From positions 304,055-368,054 of the IMG/VR virus record IMGVR_UViG_3300005537_000001: a DNA stretch of 64,000 nt. One strand, 5' to 3'. The translations under genes were made by a program, and so were the position numbers. This document shows positions 1-10,074 of this stretch, piece by piece (the stretch's first letter is position 1; every line of letters starts with the position of its first letter). The notes under the pieces are model-generated. The model made no database searches, had not been told where the DNA came from, and worked only from the letters and a program-made list of their open reading frames with translations.

Positions 1-511
1 GAGCTTCGGAGCTTGTTGTCCCGACAAGGGGGAAAACAAGCTGGACAGTATCGGATTTTGTTCCAATCTTTGGGTAGAAATTAAATTCGCGCGAATCGAT
101 GAACCCGCTGCCGTCATTGACCTCGATGAGAACTTTGTAAAGCTTATTAGCATTCGCGCCGGAGACCGTTCCACTTAGCAATCCAGTTAGCGTATTGAAT
201 GATAGTTCCGTAAGCGGTGATAATCCTGAGCTGCCGTTGACCGCTATCTGCCAACCTGTTGCTGTTCGCGTGGAGCTTGGCGTAAGCTTGAAGGTAACAT
301 TGACGTTCCCGTTAAGATCAGACGTAAGTGAGGTGTTGTTGATGAGGTTTGGAGTTGTACCACCGATATCATTCTTCAGCCCCGAAACCGAGCCTGCTCT
401 CCGCATGTAACAATCCAGATTTTCGCCAACTTGAATTTGCGTTGGCTGACGATATTCTGGTATCGGGGCCCACAGCGGTGTTCTATCGGGAGGGGTGCAG
501 CTGCAACTCAT
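1..511 (-). CDS. Partial ORF running off the window start; putative virion/lysis-region protein with an Ig-like segment
   Basis: Not in the ORF track. ATG at 511-509 overlaps the o-spanin stop (TAATG). Frame is open to base 1: MSCSCTPPDRTPLWAPIPEYRQ...LSFNTLTGLLSGTVSG...YKVLIEVNDG...; the LSFN.LTG.LSGT segment resembles putative Ig (He_PIG) repeats. Confidence 0.7.
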   Translation of the reverse strand, partial: MSCSCTPPDRTPLWAPIPEYRQPTQIQVGENLDCYMRRAGSVSGLKNDIGGTTPNLINNTSLTSDLNGNVNVTFKLTPSSTRTATGWQIAVNGSSGLSPLTELSFNTLTGLLSGTVSGANANKLYKVLIEVNDGSGFIDSREFNFYPKIGTKSDTVQLVFPLVGTTSSEA

Positions 512-924
512 TATTTCTTCTGCGTTAAGTTTGTTTCCACTTTCTTCTTTGCTGCATCGGCTGTTTCCGCGGCTTGAGCTGCATCAGACAGCTGCTTCTG
601 CTGAATGTTCTGAGCTGCAGCGGTTTGATCAAGCTGAGCTTGTTGCCCAGTGAAAAACGTAGCTATGTCCTTAAGCTGATTTTCAAGGGAACGAGTGTAC
701 TGTTCCTTAAGCAGCAACCACGCCGCTACGTCAGATTGCTTTGCAGTATCAACGTTGATAGGTGCTACTGGAGCTGGTAGAGTCATTAGCTGAGCTGGTG
801 GAATCTTGATAACGTATTCAGTTTGGGTAATGATCTGCTTCTCAAGTGGAACCGGTTTTACGCGCGCTGGGATGCACGCGCTTAGAGATACGCAGAGGGC
901 TAGCGTGATGAGTATGTTTTTCAT
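511..924 (-). CDS. Outer-membrane spanin (Rz1-like lipoprotein)
   Basis: Signal peptide with lipobox LSAC, Pro-rich segment (IPPAQLMTLPAPVAP), coupled by a 1-nt overlap to the upstream TM/coiled-coil gene. Confidence 0.75.
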   Translation of the reverse strand: MKNILITLALCVSLSACIPARVKPVPLEKQIITQTEYVIKIPPAQLMTLPAPVAPINVDTAKQSDVAAWLLLKEQYTRSLENQLKDIATFFTGQQAQLDQTAAAQNIQQKQLSDAAQAAETADAAKKKVETNLTQKK

Positions 925-1361
925 TATTTTGTTCCTTCGATGCCGCGAACAGTTTCACGAAGATCTGGTGCTAGAGGACCATCATTTGCAGCATTTTTTT
1001 CCATGTCGGAAAGCTTTTTACCAAGAACACCAATTGCCGCAACGTTTGATTTTTGCTGGGCTGCTAAGCTTGTAACTGCAGCTTGAGCATCGCTTCGTTC
1101 TTTAATTAACCCGGCGATTGTAGCTTGATCTGTAGAATTTACGCCAGTGCACGTGTTTAGATTTGCCTTGAGCACGTCGTTGTTTTCTTGAAGAATTTTG
1201 TTATTTTGGGTTAGCGTTGTATTGTTTTGTTCGAGGCGGTGAAAATAATCCCACTCATGTTTAATCCAAAAACCACCGCCCAAAGCTAAAGCTACGCAGG
1301 CGAGCGCGATGAGCATCTTGACTTCTGTTACGCCAGGAATTAGATCTGAAAGTAATCCCAT
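924..1361 (-). CDS. Inner-membrane spanin (Rz-like)
   Basis: N-terminal TM helix (LIALACVALALGGGFW) followed by a long coiled coil; SD GGAG upstream; directly precedes the lipoprotein gene. Confidence 0.75.
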   Translation of the reverse strand: MGLLSDLIPGVTEVKMLIALACVALALGGGFWIKHEWDYFHRLEQNNTTLTQNNKILQENNDVLKANLNTCTGVNSTDQATIAGLIKERSDAQAAVTSLAAQQKSNVAAIGVLGKKLSDMEKNAANDGPLAPDLRETVRGIEGTK

Positions 1362-1383
1362 ATATTATCTCCTATCTGATAGT

Positions 1384-1420
1384 AAAAGGGGCCGACTGAT
1401 TAAAAGGTCAGTCGGCCCCT
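1384..1420 (-). terminator. Rho-independent terminator after the fibre gene
   Basis: 13-bp stem AGGGGCCGACTGA/TCAGTCGGCCCCT with an 8-nt loop, T-run on the minus strand. Confidence 0.8.
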
Positions 1421-1440
1421 GTACGACGCTCTAGAGCTCA

Positions 1441-4400
1441 TTAGCCATGAGCGGCTGGTGTAATACCAGGTACACCCTCGATGACAACGAATATGTTGAT
1501 CGCTGAAGTTAGCGTAACGATAAGGTTGTTTGCATCGACGAACAATACCTGCTGTGGAAGCAGCATGCTTGGACCAACGTAGATCGTACCAAGAGCACCG
1601 CCGGTTGTTACCGCGGATGTTACCGTTATCACGGTGTTACCTCCGGTAAATACCGAGCTTGATACCGTCCACGTACCATCATTGCTCGTAGAGCCAACTA
1701 CCGCAAATTGGAAACCATTCACGAAGATTGCCGTTTGATCGCTACCCGCGATGGTGAACGATGTGGTAGAGGTTGTATTGACAGCAAAGCTGGCAGGTAC
1801 CGTTGAATCATAGCACACGACAGATACACATTCCTGGTTGAGGTTGTGGTTAATCTTGTATGCCTTCTTAGCACCAGCATCTGCAGCTGAACTGTACGTA
1901 AACTGAACTGGAGAAGCTGTAAAGACTCCGGTAGCAGAAGCAACTAGAACAGTTCCAACGACAGCGGCTGAGTTGTTGACGCCAGTGCCACCAGATGTTG
2001 AGCCTAGAATTCCAGCTAGAGTCACGGCGCCCGTAGTAGATGCGCTTGGTGTCAATCCGGATAGTGATGTCTGGAATGATGTAACGCCGGTGTTGTTGAC
2101 TGTTACAGCTCCAGTGCCACCAGAGATCGATATGCCAGTTCCAGCAACGATGGATGTAACACCGGTGTTTGCAAGTTGGATTGAACCAGCACCGTTCGTT
2201 ACTGAGATACCAGCTCCGGTAGTTGTAATGTTGGCTGCAACTGGAACATTTCCAGTAGAACCAATCAGCAGCTGACCGTTGGTTGGCGCTGAAGTGGTTA
2301 CCAGGTTGTTGCCTGCATCGGAGTATACGAATGACTTAGCGGTGTTGGTATCAACCTTAAGCGTTGTTGTTACCTCAACAGAACCAGGAGCGATGAACGC
2401 TGAAGGAACGCTGAGAGTTACGCTGCCAGTTGAAGCTGAGGCTGTAATTTCATTGGCCGTACCAGCTAGCGATGTAACGCCGGTATTCGCAAGGGTGATT
2501 GAACCAGCACCGTTCGTTACCGAGATACCAGAACCGGAGGTCACGATGTTGGCAACAACTGGGTTGGCACCAGTAGAACCGATCAACAGCTGACCGTTGG
2601 TTGGTGATGCTGATGCGACAACGTTGCTGTTAGCGTCAGAGAACAAGAAGGCGCTTGCCGTATTTGTATCAATCTTCAACGTTGTCGTTACTTCTACAGA
2701 ACCAGGCGCGATGAACGCGGTTGGAATTGCGATCGTTACGCCAGCTGGAGATGATACCGCCGTTGTTGTAATTTCATTCGGTGTACCGAAGATGTTGAAT
2801 GATGATCCAACAACCAATGGAACCGTACCAGAGCCATCGGTATCGATCGGCGTGGAATTAGTTAGGAATGTTGGGGCACCAGTTCCACCGGATAGAACTA
2901 TCTGACCGGTAGTACCAGCGGTTGAAACCGCTAGGGCTGTTCCTGTACCATAAACTAGTCCACCAGCCGTAGCCGTCAAGCTTGCATTAGTACCACCGCT
3001 TGCAAGACCGAGGGTGCCAGCTAGCGTTATGGCGCCAGTTGTTGCGGTCGATGGTGTAAGACCGGCAAGGCTTGTCTGGAAAGATGTAACGGCTGTCGTT
3101 GATGCATTTGCCCACGACGGTGCGCCACCGGTGTTACCGACAAGGATCTGACCAGTTGTACCGGCCGCGGTTACCTGCAGCGCTCCGGTTCCGTTACCGT
3201 AAACAACGCCGTCAGAGGTAAATGAGGTTGCACCTGTACCACCGTTGGAAACTACCAGCGTGCCGCCGAGAGTTACGTTACCCGCCATGGTGCTTGAAGG
3301 AGTCAAACCGGTTGTTCCACCGTTGAACGATAGAACGCCAGTGTTGCTGATTGAAGTGTTACCGTTGTTGTAGGTAACTGAAATGCCAATACCATTTACA
3401 ACGACTGGGTCGATTGAGTACCACTGGGTAGTGGTTGATGCTTGACCAGTCCAGGTACCACCAGCTGGTACGCTTATTGAATTGTTAGCACCAGCACCGT
3501 CGATGGCAGCTCCACTTGCAGGGAATACCAATACTCCCATCGAGCCAACGTTAACTACGGTAACTTCAGCACCAGCAAACGCTGGAACTGGAAGTAATAC
3601 AGCAGTATTGCCCGGTGTTGCGGTTACAACGCAGAATTCATGTCCTAGCGGAGCCGCGGCACCTTGAGTTGTGCCGTTCGCCGTTATCATGCCCGTGCTC
3701 TGATAGGTCAAACCGTCAAATTTCGCGGTTGTCGTAACTTCCAATGAACCTGGTAGAACAACCGTCGACGGTAAGCTTAGAGTTACAGAACCAACCGAGC
3801 TGCTTGCCGCGATTTCATTTGCGGTACCAGCGATGCTCGTTACCGCGAGCGTGTTGAGAGCGACGAATGTTGGATCAGCTCCGGTATTACCAGTAAGAAC
3901 GGTACCAGTTGCACCTACCGCCGTAGCGACAATTGAGCTTGTACCCTCACCAAGTAGAACACCGTGAGTCGTTAGCGTTGTAGCTCCGGTACCACCATTG
4001 CCAACCGCTAGGGTGCCAGTGACGGCATTTGCGTTTGCAAGATTTACAGCGCTCCACGTAGCTGTTGTGCCATGTGTTCCAGATGATGTTAGCACTTGAC
4101 CAGCTGTCGCTGAAGAATCTACGGCAACGTTGTTTAGACCATCGATGTATGTTGTTACACCATCGGTGCGAACGCTTATGACGTTACCAGCCGTATTCAA
4201 ACCGCTCGTAAACGTAAAGACCGATCCACCAGAGAACTGGGAGAATAGAATGCTAGTTGTACCAATTGTTATTGGGTCTTGTGTAGACTGCACCCAACCA
4301 GTTGTTGCCTGAGTTGTACCATCCGTGATGAATACCGCTGCTGCATCCATTTCAGCTGGAGTGTTGTTGTCGGTAGCGCGAGTCAATACCCAATTAGTTG

Positions 4401-7400
4401 AGCCAGATCCGGTATTTGTAACGGTGTATATACCATTCCACACACCGCTTGAATTGGTTATGTTGGATTCGTTCTTTACGAGAACTCGCTGACCAGTTGA
4501 TAGCGTGATTCCATCAAGTACGAGCGCTGCCTGAGTTCCGGCATTTGTCAGCGTAGCACCGACTCCAGAAGCACCGTTGTTATACGTTGGCGCTGTTCCA
4601 GTTAGAGTAAAGAAGTTTTCCGTGGTTCCCGCGGTTACGGCGGTTTTCCATGATAGACCATTATTTGCGGCGTCAACGTATGCCTTTGTGGCAGCATCAG
4701 TTGGGCTTGTAACTGTTCCATGCAGCGTCACACCTGAAAATGATCCAGTGCCAACGAACGATGCACCGTTGGCAACGAACATGCCAGAACCATCACCTTC
4801 GAGAATTTGATTAGTTGTTAGCGTTGATGATACAGACTGCCACGTTGGAGCACCGGTACCACCAGAGATTAGCGCTTGACCAGCTGTACCAGCTGTACCG
4901 ATAGCTAGGGCAGAAGCTGTGCTGTAGACTGGAGCACCAGCTACTGGTGTGAGGTTGGCATTTGTGCCACCATTTGTTAGACCAAGAAGACCGGTTACAG
5001 CTGCAGATTGAGCTAGATTTACGGCACCAAACGCTGGTGTTCCACCGGAACCAGCCTGTAGCACCTGAAATTGAGTACCAGCCGCGGTTACACCGACGGT
5101 GCCAGTACCATTACCGAATAGAATGCCATCCGTCGTTAGCGTTGTAGCTCCAGTACCGCCAGATGCAACGCCTAGGGTGCCAGATAGAACAACGGCACCA
5201 GTTACAGGTGAAGCTGTTATACCAGCGAGCGTTGTAGCAAACGACGTTACGCCGGTGTTAGAGATGATCGTTTCACCTGGTGAATACGTTACCGACAAAC
5301 CGGTTCCGCTCATTACGATAACTGGATCAATCGTGTACCAGTTACCAGAGTTAACGGACTGATACGTTGCAGTTCCACCCGTTGGAATCAAAACGGCGGC
5401 ACCAGTTGCACCACCGTCGATTTGGTCACCACCAGCTGGGAATACAGCTAGCGTATGAGCGCCCAAGTTAACTACGGAAATTTCAAGACCGACACCAGAT
5501 GCAGGAAGTACTACGCTGTCATTCGCGGTAGCTACGGTAGTAACTACGTTATATGAGTGAGTAAGAGGTGTGGCACCGCTCTGACCACCACCCGCAAATG
5601 CCGTGATGCCAGTTGTAGCGCTTTCAAACGTTAGACCATTTACCGTCAAGTTGCCGGTAGAAGTTACCGAGCCTGGAGCGACAAGAGTTGAGGACAAGCT
5701 TAGCGTTACCGTACCAGTTGCAGAAGATGCATTGATCTGATTAGCAGTACCGAGGATTGAGTTAGCAACGTTGGACCATGTTGGAAGGGCACCAGCTCCT
5801 GCCGATGTTAGCACCTGTCCACTAGTGCCAGCTGAACCGTTAAGGCCAAGCGCACCAGAAACTAGATTTACTCCAGTTCCGGCGCTGATGCCATTGATCG
5901 TAAGCGCCGTGCCTGAAGCTGGGGTGTTGATTGTAACGTCACCAGCAGCTGAAATTGTCATTCTTGTTGACAGTGATGTCGCGCCGGTTTGGAATTGGAT
6001 TGTACCACCAGAACCATCAGAACCACCAACGCCGGCTTCAAGATTTAGACCACCACCGTTACCACCAGAACCTGTCGCGTTACCACCCTGAAGCGTTAGC
6101 ACACCACCAGTTTGAGTTCCACCAGTACCAGTTGCAGCTCCACCAGCTACCGTAACGGCACCACCTACAGAAGCGGTACCAGTTGCAGCTCCACCAGCTA
6201 CCGTAACGGCACCACCGTTACCAGTTCCACCAGCCGCGCCGGCGGTAAGATTTACAACGCCGCCAGCCGTATTGTTTGCGGTGCTACCAGCACCGGCAGT
6301 TAGAGTAAGCGCGCGACCTGGATTGGTGTCGGTGCTTGGACCAGATTTAACCGTCAGCGCGATGTTGGAACCCATCACGATGTTGCCGCCGAGTGAAGTG
6401 TTACCAAACGCTAGCGTTTCGGTTGTGTCGGTCCACGTAAAATCGGATGTACCGGTTAGAACGCCACCAGCGCTTCCATAGCCGATAAACGTTGCGGTTA
6501 GTGGAGCAGCTGGAGCAGCCCATGTTGGAGGAGAAGTTGATGATCCTCCAGATGTTAGAACTTGACCGGCGGTACCGAAGGATGGTGTTGAACCAATGCC
6601 AAGGGCGCCAGAATCATTAATGGTGAACTGCGTTGAAACTGAAACATCACCAGTTTGCAAAATAATTGATCCACCGGTACCAGATGGTGATGTGCCACCC
6701 ATCAAAATAACTGCACCACCCGGGCCGCTCGTCATACCAGGACCACCGGATATCGTTACAGCTTCACCCCGCGCTGGTCCAGCTCCCGCGTGACCACCCG
6801 CAATTATTACCCCGCCACCTAGGCTGCCGCTTGATGTTATACCACCGGTGATAAAAACTCTACCACCTGCAACACCACTGACACCACCACCACCACCATT
6901 GATAACCACATCACCAGAAGTTTGACCGATACCAGACGCCTGTCCACCTTGAACGGTGACTTGACCGCCAACAGATGTTGACGATGTTCCGCCGGAAATA
7001 ATTACAATGCCGCCTCGACCAGATCCAGTGTTTGCGCTACCAGTGACGTTAAGATTTGGAGATGTTGCTCCAGTTGTTCCTGGGATGGTAAGTATGCCAT
7101 CTACGGTTGATGAACCAATGCTTAAAGTTTTAGTCGTTTCAGTCCAGGTAAAATCTGGAGTGCTCGTAACCGTGTTTGTCGCGCTGCCGTACGCTACCTG
7201 GGTAGCGGTAAGCGTAGTTGCCGTGGTCGTCCACGTAGGTGGTCCACCCGCGCCAGCTGACGTTAGCGTCTGACCAGCCGTACCAACTGAGTTACCAGTA
7301 CCAACGCCAAGCGCGCCTGATGGGTTAATCGTTAAAGCTAGAGCCGCGGCGGTTGTACCAGTTGTGACTGTGAATGAACCAGATGTACCAGTTGCAGAGA

Positions 7401-8337
7401 TACCGGTAGCTAGACTTACGCTACCACCACCACCCGCGCTTGACGCACCACCAGCTTGAACTATGAACGATGATCCAGCACCACCTGAAGTTGTAGCAGG
7501 AGTAGAGGCACCGGTAAACGTTATGTTGCCACCATGCGCGTTAGCTCCAGCACCAGGCGTGCCGATTGAAACTAGAAATGCACCTGATGGTTGGTTTGTT
7601 GCTCCACCAGCACCAGTCGTTAGGGTTAAATTGTTGCCAGATACCGTGGACGCGGTGCCGACGCCAGCTTGAATCTGCAGAGTGCCACCACCACCGGATG
7701 GACCAGATAGCGTACCGGTTCCGTTGGATGCACCGATGCTTAGAGTTGCTGTAGATTCACTCCACGTAAAGTCGGAAGTGCCGGTAAGAAGGTTACCAGC
7801 TGAACCATAACCAACGAACGTTGACGCTAGGGTTGCGCCAGTCGAATTTACAGTTACGGCACCAGTCGCTCCGGACACTGAAATATTGGTACCAGCAACG
7901 ATGGATGTTACGCCGGTATTGTTGATTTGAAGTGTACCAGCTCCAGCGGTTGTGGAGATACCAGTACCACTGCCAAGCGAGGTAACCGTGAATGTAGAAC
8001 CATTACCAACTAGAATTTGTCCATTTGTTGGAATGGCTGAAGCGCCGGTACCACCGCTGGCTGGCCCAAGAGTACCCGCAAGAACGATTGCTCCAGTTGT
8101 AGTTGTTGATGGAGTTAATCCGGAAAGGGTTGTCTGGAAGGATGATACGGCGCTTGAAGCTGCCGCAAACTGCTGCCAGCTAGTACCGTTGTAGTAGTTG
8201 TAGAAGTTCGTTGTCGTGTCGTAGTATATGCGACCAGCAACCGTTGTGGCTGGAGCTGATGGAAGACGTTCGATGATGGCGTTTTCAAGCTGCCCGAAAC
8301 CCAATACGTCGAATGTCAAATTACCATTAATCTTCAT
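1441..8337 (-). CDS. Long Gly/Thr/Ala-rich tail fibre / adhesin-like virion protein (2298 aa)
   Basis: Many GVTS..., GT.GQ.L.S.G and L.V..GGTGA fibre repeats; PTDAATKAYVD motif; RVLVKN...NGIY...W.LTRATD domain; SD AGGAG. Confidence 0.8.
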   Translation of the reverse strand: MKINGNLTFDVLGFGQLENAIIERLPSAPATTVAGRIYYDTTTNFYNYYNGTSWQQFAAASSAVSSFQTTLSGLTPSTTTTGAIVLAGTLGPASGGTGASAIPTNGQILVGNGSTFTVTSLGSGTGISTTAGAGTLQINNTGVTSIVAGTNISVSGATGAVTVNSTGATLASTFVGYGSAGNLLTGTSDFTWSESTATLSIGASNGTGTLSGPSGGGGTLQIQAGVGTASTVSGNNLTLTTGAGGATNQPSGAFLVSIGTPGAGANAHGGNITFTGASTPATTSGGAGSSFIVQAGGASSAGGGGSVSLATGISATGTSGSFTVTTGTTAAALALTINPSGALGVGTGNSVGTAGQTLTSAGAGGPPTWTTTATTLTATQVAYGSATNTVTSTPDFTWTETTKTLSIGSSTVDGILTIPGTTGATSPNLNVTGSANTGSGRGGIVIISGGTSSTSVGGQVTVQGGQASGIGQTSGDVVINGGGGGVSGVAGGRVFITGGITSSGSLGGGVIIAGGHAGAGPARGEAVTISGGPGMTSGPGGAVILMGGTSPSGTGGSIILQTGDVSVSTQFTINDSGALGIGSTPSFGTAGQVLTSGGSSTSPPTWAAPAAPLTATFIGYGSAGGVLTGTSDFTWTDTTETLAFGNTSLGGNIVMGSNIALTVKSGPSTDTNPGRALTLTAGAGSTANNTAGGVVNLTAGAAGGTGNGGAVTVAGGAATGTASVGGAVTVAGGAATGTGGTQTGGVLTLQGGNATGSGGNGGGLNLEAGVGGSDGSGGTIQFQTGATSLSTRMTISAAGDVTINTPASGTALTINGISAGTGVNLVSGALGLNGSAGTSGQVLTSAGAGALPTWSNVANSILGTANQINASSATGTVTLSLSSTLVAPGSVTSTGNLTVNGLTFESATTGITAFAGGGQSGATPLTHSYNVVTTVATANDSVVLPASGVGLEISVVNLGAHTLAVFPAGGDQIDGGATGAAVLIPTGGTATYQSVNSGNWYTIDPVIVMSGTGLSVTYSPGETIISNTGVTSFATTLAGITASPVTGAVVLSGTLGVASGGTGATTLTTDGILFGNGTGTVGVTAAGTQFQVLQAGSGGTPAFGAVNLAQSAAVTGLLGLTNGGTNANLTPVAGAPVYSTASALAIGTAGTAGQALISGGTGAPTWQSVSSTLTTNQILEGDGSGMFVANGASFVGTGSFSGVTLHGTVTSPTDAATKAYVDAANNGLSWKTAVTAGTTENFFTLTGTAPTYNNGASGVGATLTNAGTQAALVLDGITLSTGQRVLVKNESNITNSSGVWNGIYTVTNTGSGSTNWVLTRATDNNTPAEMDAAAVFITDGTTQATTGWVQSTQDPITIGTTSILFSQFSGGSVFTFTSGLNTAGNVISVRTDGVTTYIDGLNNVAVDSSATAGQVLTSSGTHGTTATWSAVNLANANAVTGTLAVGNGGTGATTLTTHGVLLGEGTSSIVATAVGATGTVLTGNTGADPTFVALNTLAVTSIAGTANEIAASSSVGSVTLSLPSTVVLPGSLEVTTTAKFDGLTYQSTGMITANGTTQGAAAPLGHEFCVVTATPGNTAVLLPVPAFAGAEVTVVNVGSMGVLVFPASGAAIDGAGANNSISVPAGGTWTGQASTTTQWYSIDPVVVNGIGISVTYNNGNTSISNTGVLSFNGGTTGLTPSSTMAGNVTLGGTLVVSNGGTGATSFTSDGVVYGNGTGALQVTAAGTTGQILVGNTGGAPSWANASTTAVTSFQTSLAGLTPSTATTGAITLAGTLGLASGGTNASLTATAGGLVYGTGTALAVSTAGTTGQIVLSGGTGAPTFLTNSTPIDTDGSGTVPLVVGSSFNIFGTPNEITTTAVSSPAGVTIAIPTAFIAPGSVEVTTTLKIDTNTASAFLFSDANSNVVASASPTNGQLLIGSTGANPVVANIVTSGSGISVTNGAGSITLANTGVTSLAGTANEITASASTGSVTLSVPSAFIAPGSVEVTTTLKVDTNTAKSFVYSDAGNNLVTTSAPTNGQLLIGSTGNVPVAANITTTGAGISVTNGAGSIQLANTGVTSIVAGTGISISGGTGAVTVNNTGVTSFQTSLSGLTPSASTTGAVTLAGILGSTSGGTGVNNSAAVVGTVLVASATGVFTASPVQFTYSSAADAGAKKAYKINHNLNQECVSVVCYDSTVPASFAVNTTSTTSFTIAGSDQTAIFVNGFQFAVVGSTSNDGTWTVSSSVFTGGNTVITVTSAVTTGGALGTIYVGPSMLLPQQVLFVDANNLIVTLTSAINIFVVIEGVPGITPAAHG
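6125..6216. repeat. Perfect 41-bp direct repeat (6125-6165, 6176-6216) inside the fibre gene
   Basis: GTACCAGTTGCAGCTCCACCAGCTACCGTAACGGCACCACC twice at a 51-bp period, encoding GGAVTVAGGAATGT. Confidence 0.9.
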
Positions 8338-8363
8338 TGAAATTGCTCCTTAGCCAAATATGT

Positions 8364-8594
8364 TTACAGTGTTCTGCGAGATGCCGTCGTGAGGGCCTTT
8401 ATCGCAGAATTAAACGAAACGGGTTCAACCACTAGGTTGCCCAAATCATAGTCGTTGACGATTGATTCATCTACTTCGTTAAAGAAGAAGATACCTTTAT
8501 TTCCAATTTTTTGGATAGTGTCAAGACGATAGCCTAGAACTTTTAGCGTTGCAGCAAGAACGATATCCTGCGTCTCTATTGTTTTCTTAGACAT
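8364..8594 (-). CDS. Small conserved phage protein (DUF5659-like)
   Basis: T.DI.LAA.L...GY.L......K..F.F...YD.G.L.VEP pattern; late promoter upstream. Confidence 0.55.
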   Translation of the reverse strand: MSKKTIETQDIVLAATLKVLGYRLDTIQKIGNKGIFFFNEVDESIVNDYDLGNLVVEPVSFNSAIKALTTASRRTL

Positions 8595-8637
8595 GCGTCA
8601 TCCTATGGGATCTGAGTTGTTGGTGGATTGTCAGATA

Positions 8638-8645
8638 TATTTATG
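8638..8645 (-). promoter_or_regulatory. gp55-type late promoter CATAAATA
   Basis: Intergenic match to the T4 late box TATAAATA; the same motif recurs at many intergenic sites. Confidence 0.75.
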
Positions 8646-8656
8646 GATGAGTGAGA

Positions 8657-9049
8657 TTAGAAGAGGATTATTAGCGCTACTCCAGCTTGTGGGGCGTTAA
8701 ATGAAACTTGTACGTGGTTGGCATCAATTATCTTTACGCCTTGAGGATATATTTCTTCATTACTTGTGTCATAAATCGTTGCAACCGCTCTAAGCGTGTT
8801 GCCACCATGATTTATCAGCCACGTTACTACAGGAGAAGCTTGAACAAATTCGAAGCCGCTAACCGGTGAACCGGTGCCCGCTCCCTGTAAAAGTACCGGT
8901 ACCCCACCAACCGTAAATGACGATTGGGATGTACCACCGGCATTAATGACAGCTCCGCTCGGTAGCTCACCAAGCACACCATCAGATTCGATGAATACCG
9001 GTTTTACGATTGATGGAACAGTATTTGGTGGATTAGGTGGGTTTGTCAC
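8657..9049 (-). CDS. Small virion/tail-fibre-associated protein
   Basis: W.INH...V..YD....P..V...DAN.V.V.F domain, also present at the fibre C-terminus. Confidence 0.6.
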   Translation of the reverse strand: MTNPPNPPNTVPSIVKPVFIESDGVLGELPSGAVINAGGTSQSSFTVGGVPVLLQGAGTGSPVSGFEFVQASPVVTWLINHGGNTLRAVATIYDTSNEEIYPQGVKIIDANHVQVSFNAPQAGVALIILF

Positions 9050-10065
9050 GGTCTAATCCTAATCGCCGGCCCAATGTTTAGCACAATCGCGTTAGGTGCG
9101 TATACATATCCGACTACCTGTATCACCCCGGTGGCGGGTGGTGTTAGCGATAGAACACCCTGTGGACCTAGAAAAAGAGGTGCGTTTGCGAGTGACGGTG
9201 CCCAATTCCAAGTATCATTGGTTATGACACCGTTAAGCACGACTCTTCCAGCTTGCGATGAAAATAGTGGTGAGGTGACGATACCGTTAGCAAACGTGGC
9301 AAACGTGTACCCGTTGCTATCGGCAAGCGATATGGTTTGATTTGCTGAAAATGATACCAGATAAAATGCCGGAATATTTTCAGTAGCTTCACCAAATGCC
9401 AGCACGGCATCAAGTGAAACATTTTGCCCGCTAGTTTCTTGAACGATGAGTGACGTTGACGTGTTGACAAACGTGCCATCGGAATTTTTTAAAGGCCGAT
9501 TATTTGTGCCAAGAATTATGTTTCCGGCCGCAAAGTTACCAACAATGCCTGGAGGAGGCGGCACCTGGGATCCCAGCGGCATTGGCACAAGCACGCCGTT
9601 TGAAAAATACGTTCCAGCAAAGCATCTAACCTTGTTAAGCCATATGCCTGGATTGGTACCAAGCTGCTGCCATACGTTCCATACGGTATTGACAAGATCA
9701 AACCACATCTGCCCATTTTGGGGATGCGGTGGTGGATTGATTGAATAAATTGGAGCCAGCAGGGTCCAGCCGCGTGTCAGGGCGCCAGAACCTAAGTCAA
9801 TATCCCAATAGAGATATTCAGTCAGATTCATTGGTAGCGGACCGTTGGTTGAACCAACCGTTCCACTACCCCACGCTCCAGTGACGGTATTATTTTCAGA
9901 AATTATGTAGTTTGCGGTGAGATGCGCAAACGTCACGAGCACCGGAAATCCAGGAACTACCAGTAGATCTACAGACGTCGGATTTAGCGGTGTCGGTTGG
10001 AGTAGCGTCGGTCCCGACAAAGGCGTCTGGTAACGTATAATTCCTTGCCGGAAGCTAAGCTGCAT
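9046..10065 (-). CDS. Putative tail/virion structural protein
   Basis: Beta-rich, P..PQNGQMWFD motif, inside the late tail operon. Confidence 0.55.
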   Translation of the reverse strand: MQLSFRQGIIRYQTPLSGPTLLQPTPLNPTSVDLLVVPGFPVLVTFAHLTANYIISENNTVTGAWGSGTVGSTNGPLPMNLTEYLYWDIDLGSGALTRGWTLLAPIYSINPPPHPQNGQMWFDLVNTVWNVWQQLGTNPGIWLNKVRCFAGTYFSNGVLVPMPLGSQVPPPPGIVGNFAAGNIILGTNNRPLKNSDGTFVNTSTSLIVQETSGQNVSLDAVLAFGEATENIPAFYLVSFSANQTISLADSNGYTFATFANGIVTSPLFSSQAGRVVLNGVITNDTWNWAPSLANAPLFLGPQGVLSLTPPATGVIQVVGYVYAPNAIVLNIGPAIRIRP

Positions 10066-10074
10066 GTGATTCTC

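Noticed and set aside
195-410. Plus-strand 71-aa ORF
   Set aside because: Antisense to the better-supported partial minus-strand ORF 1-511, which is coupled to the spanin stop
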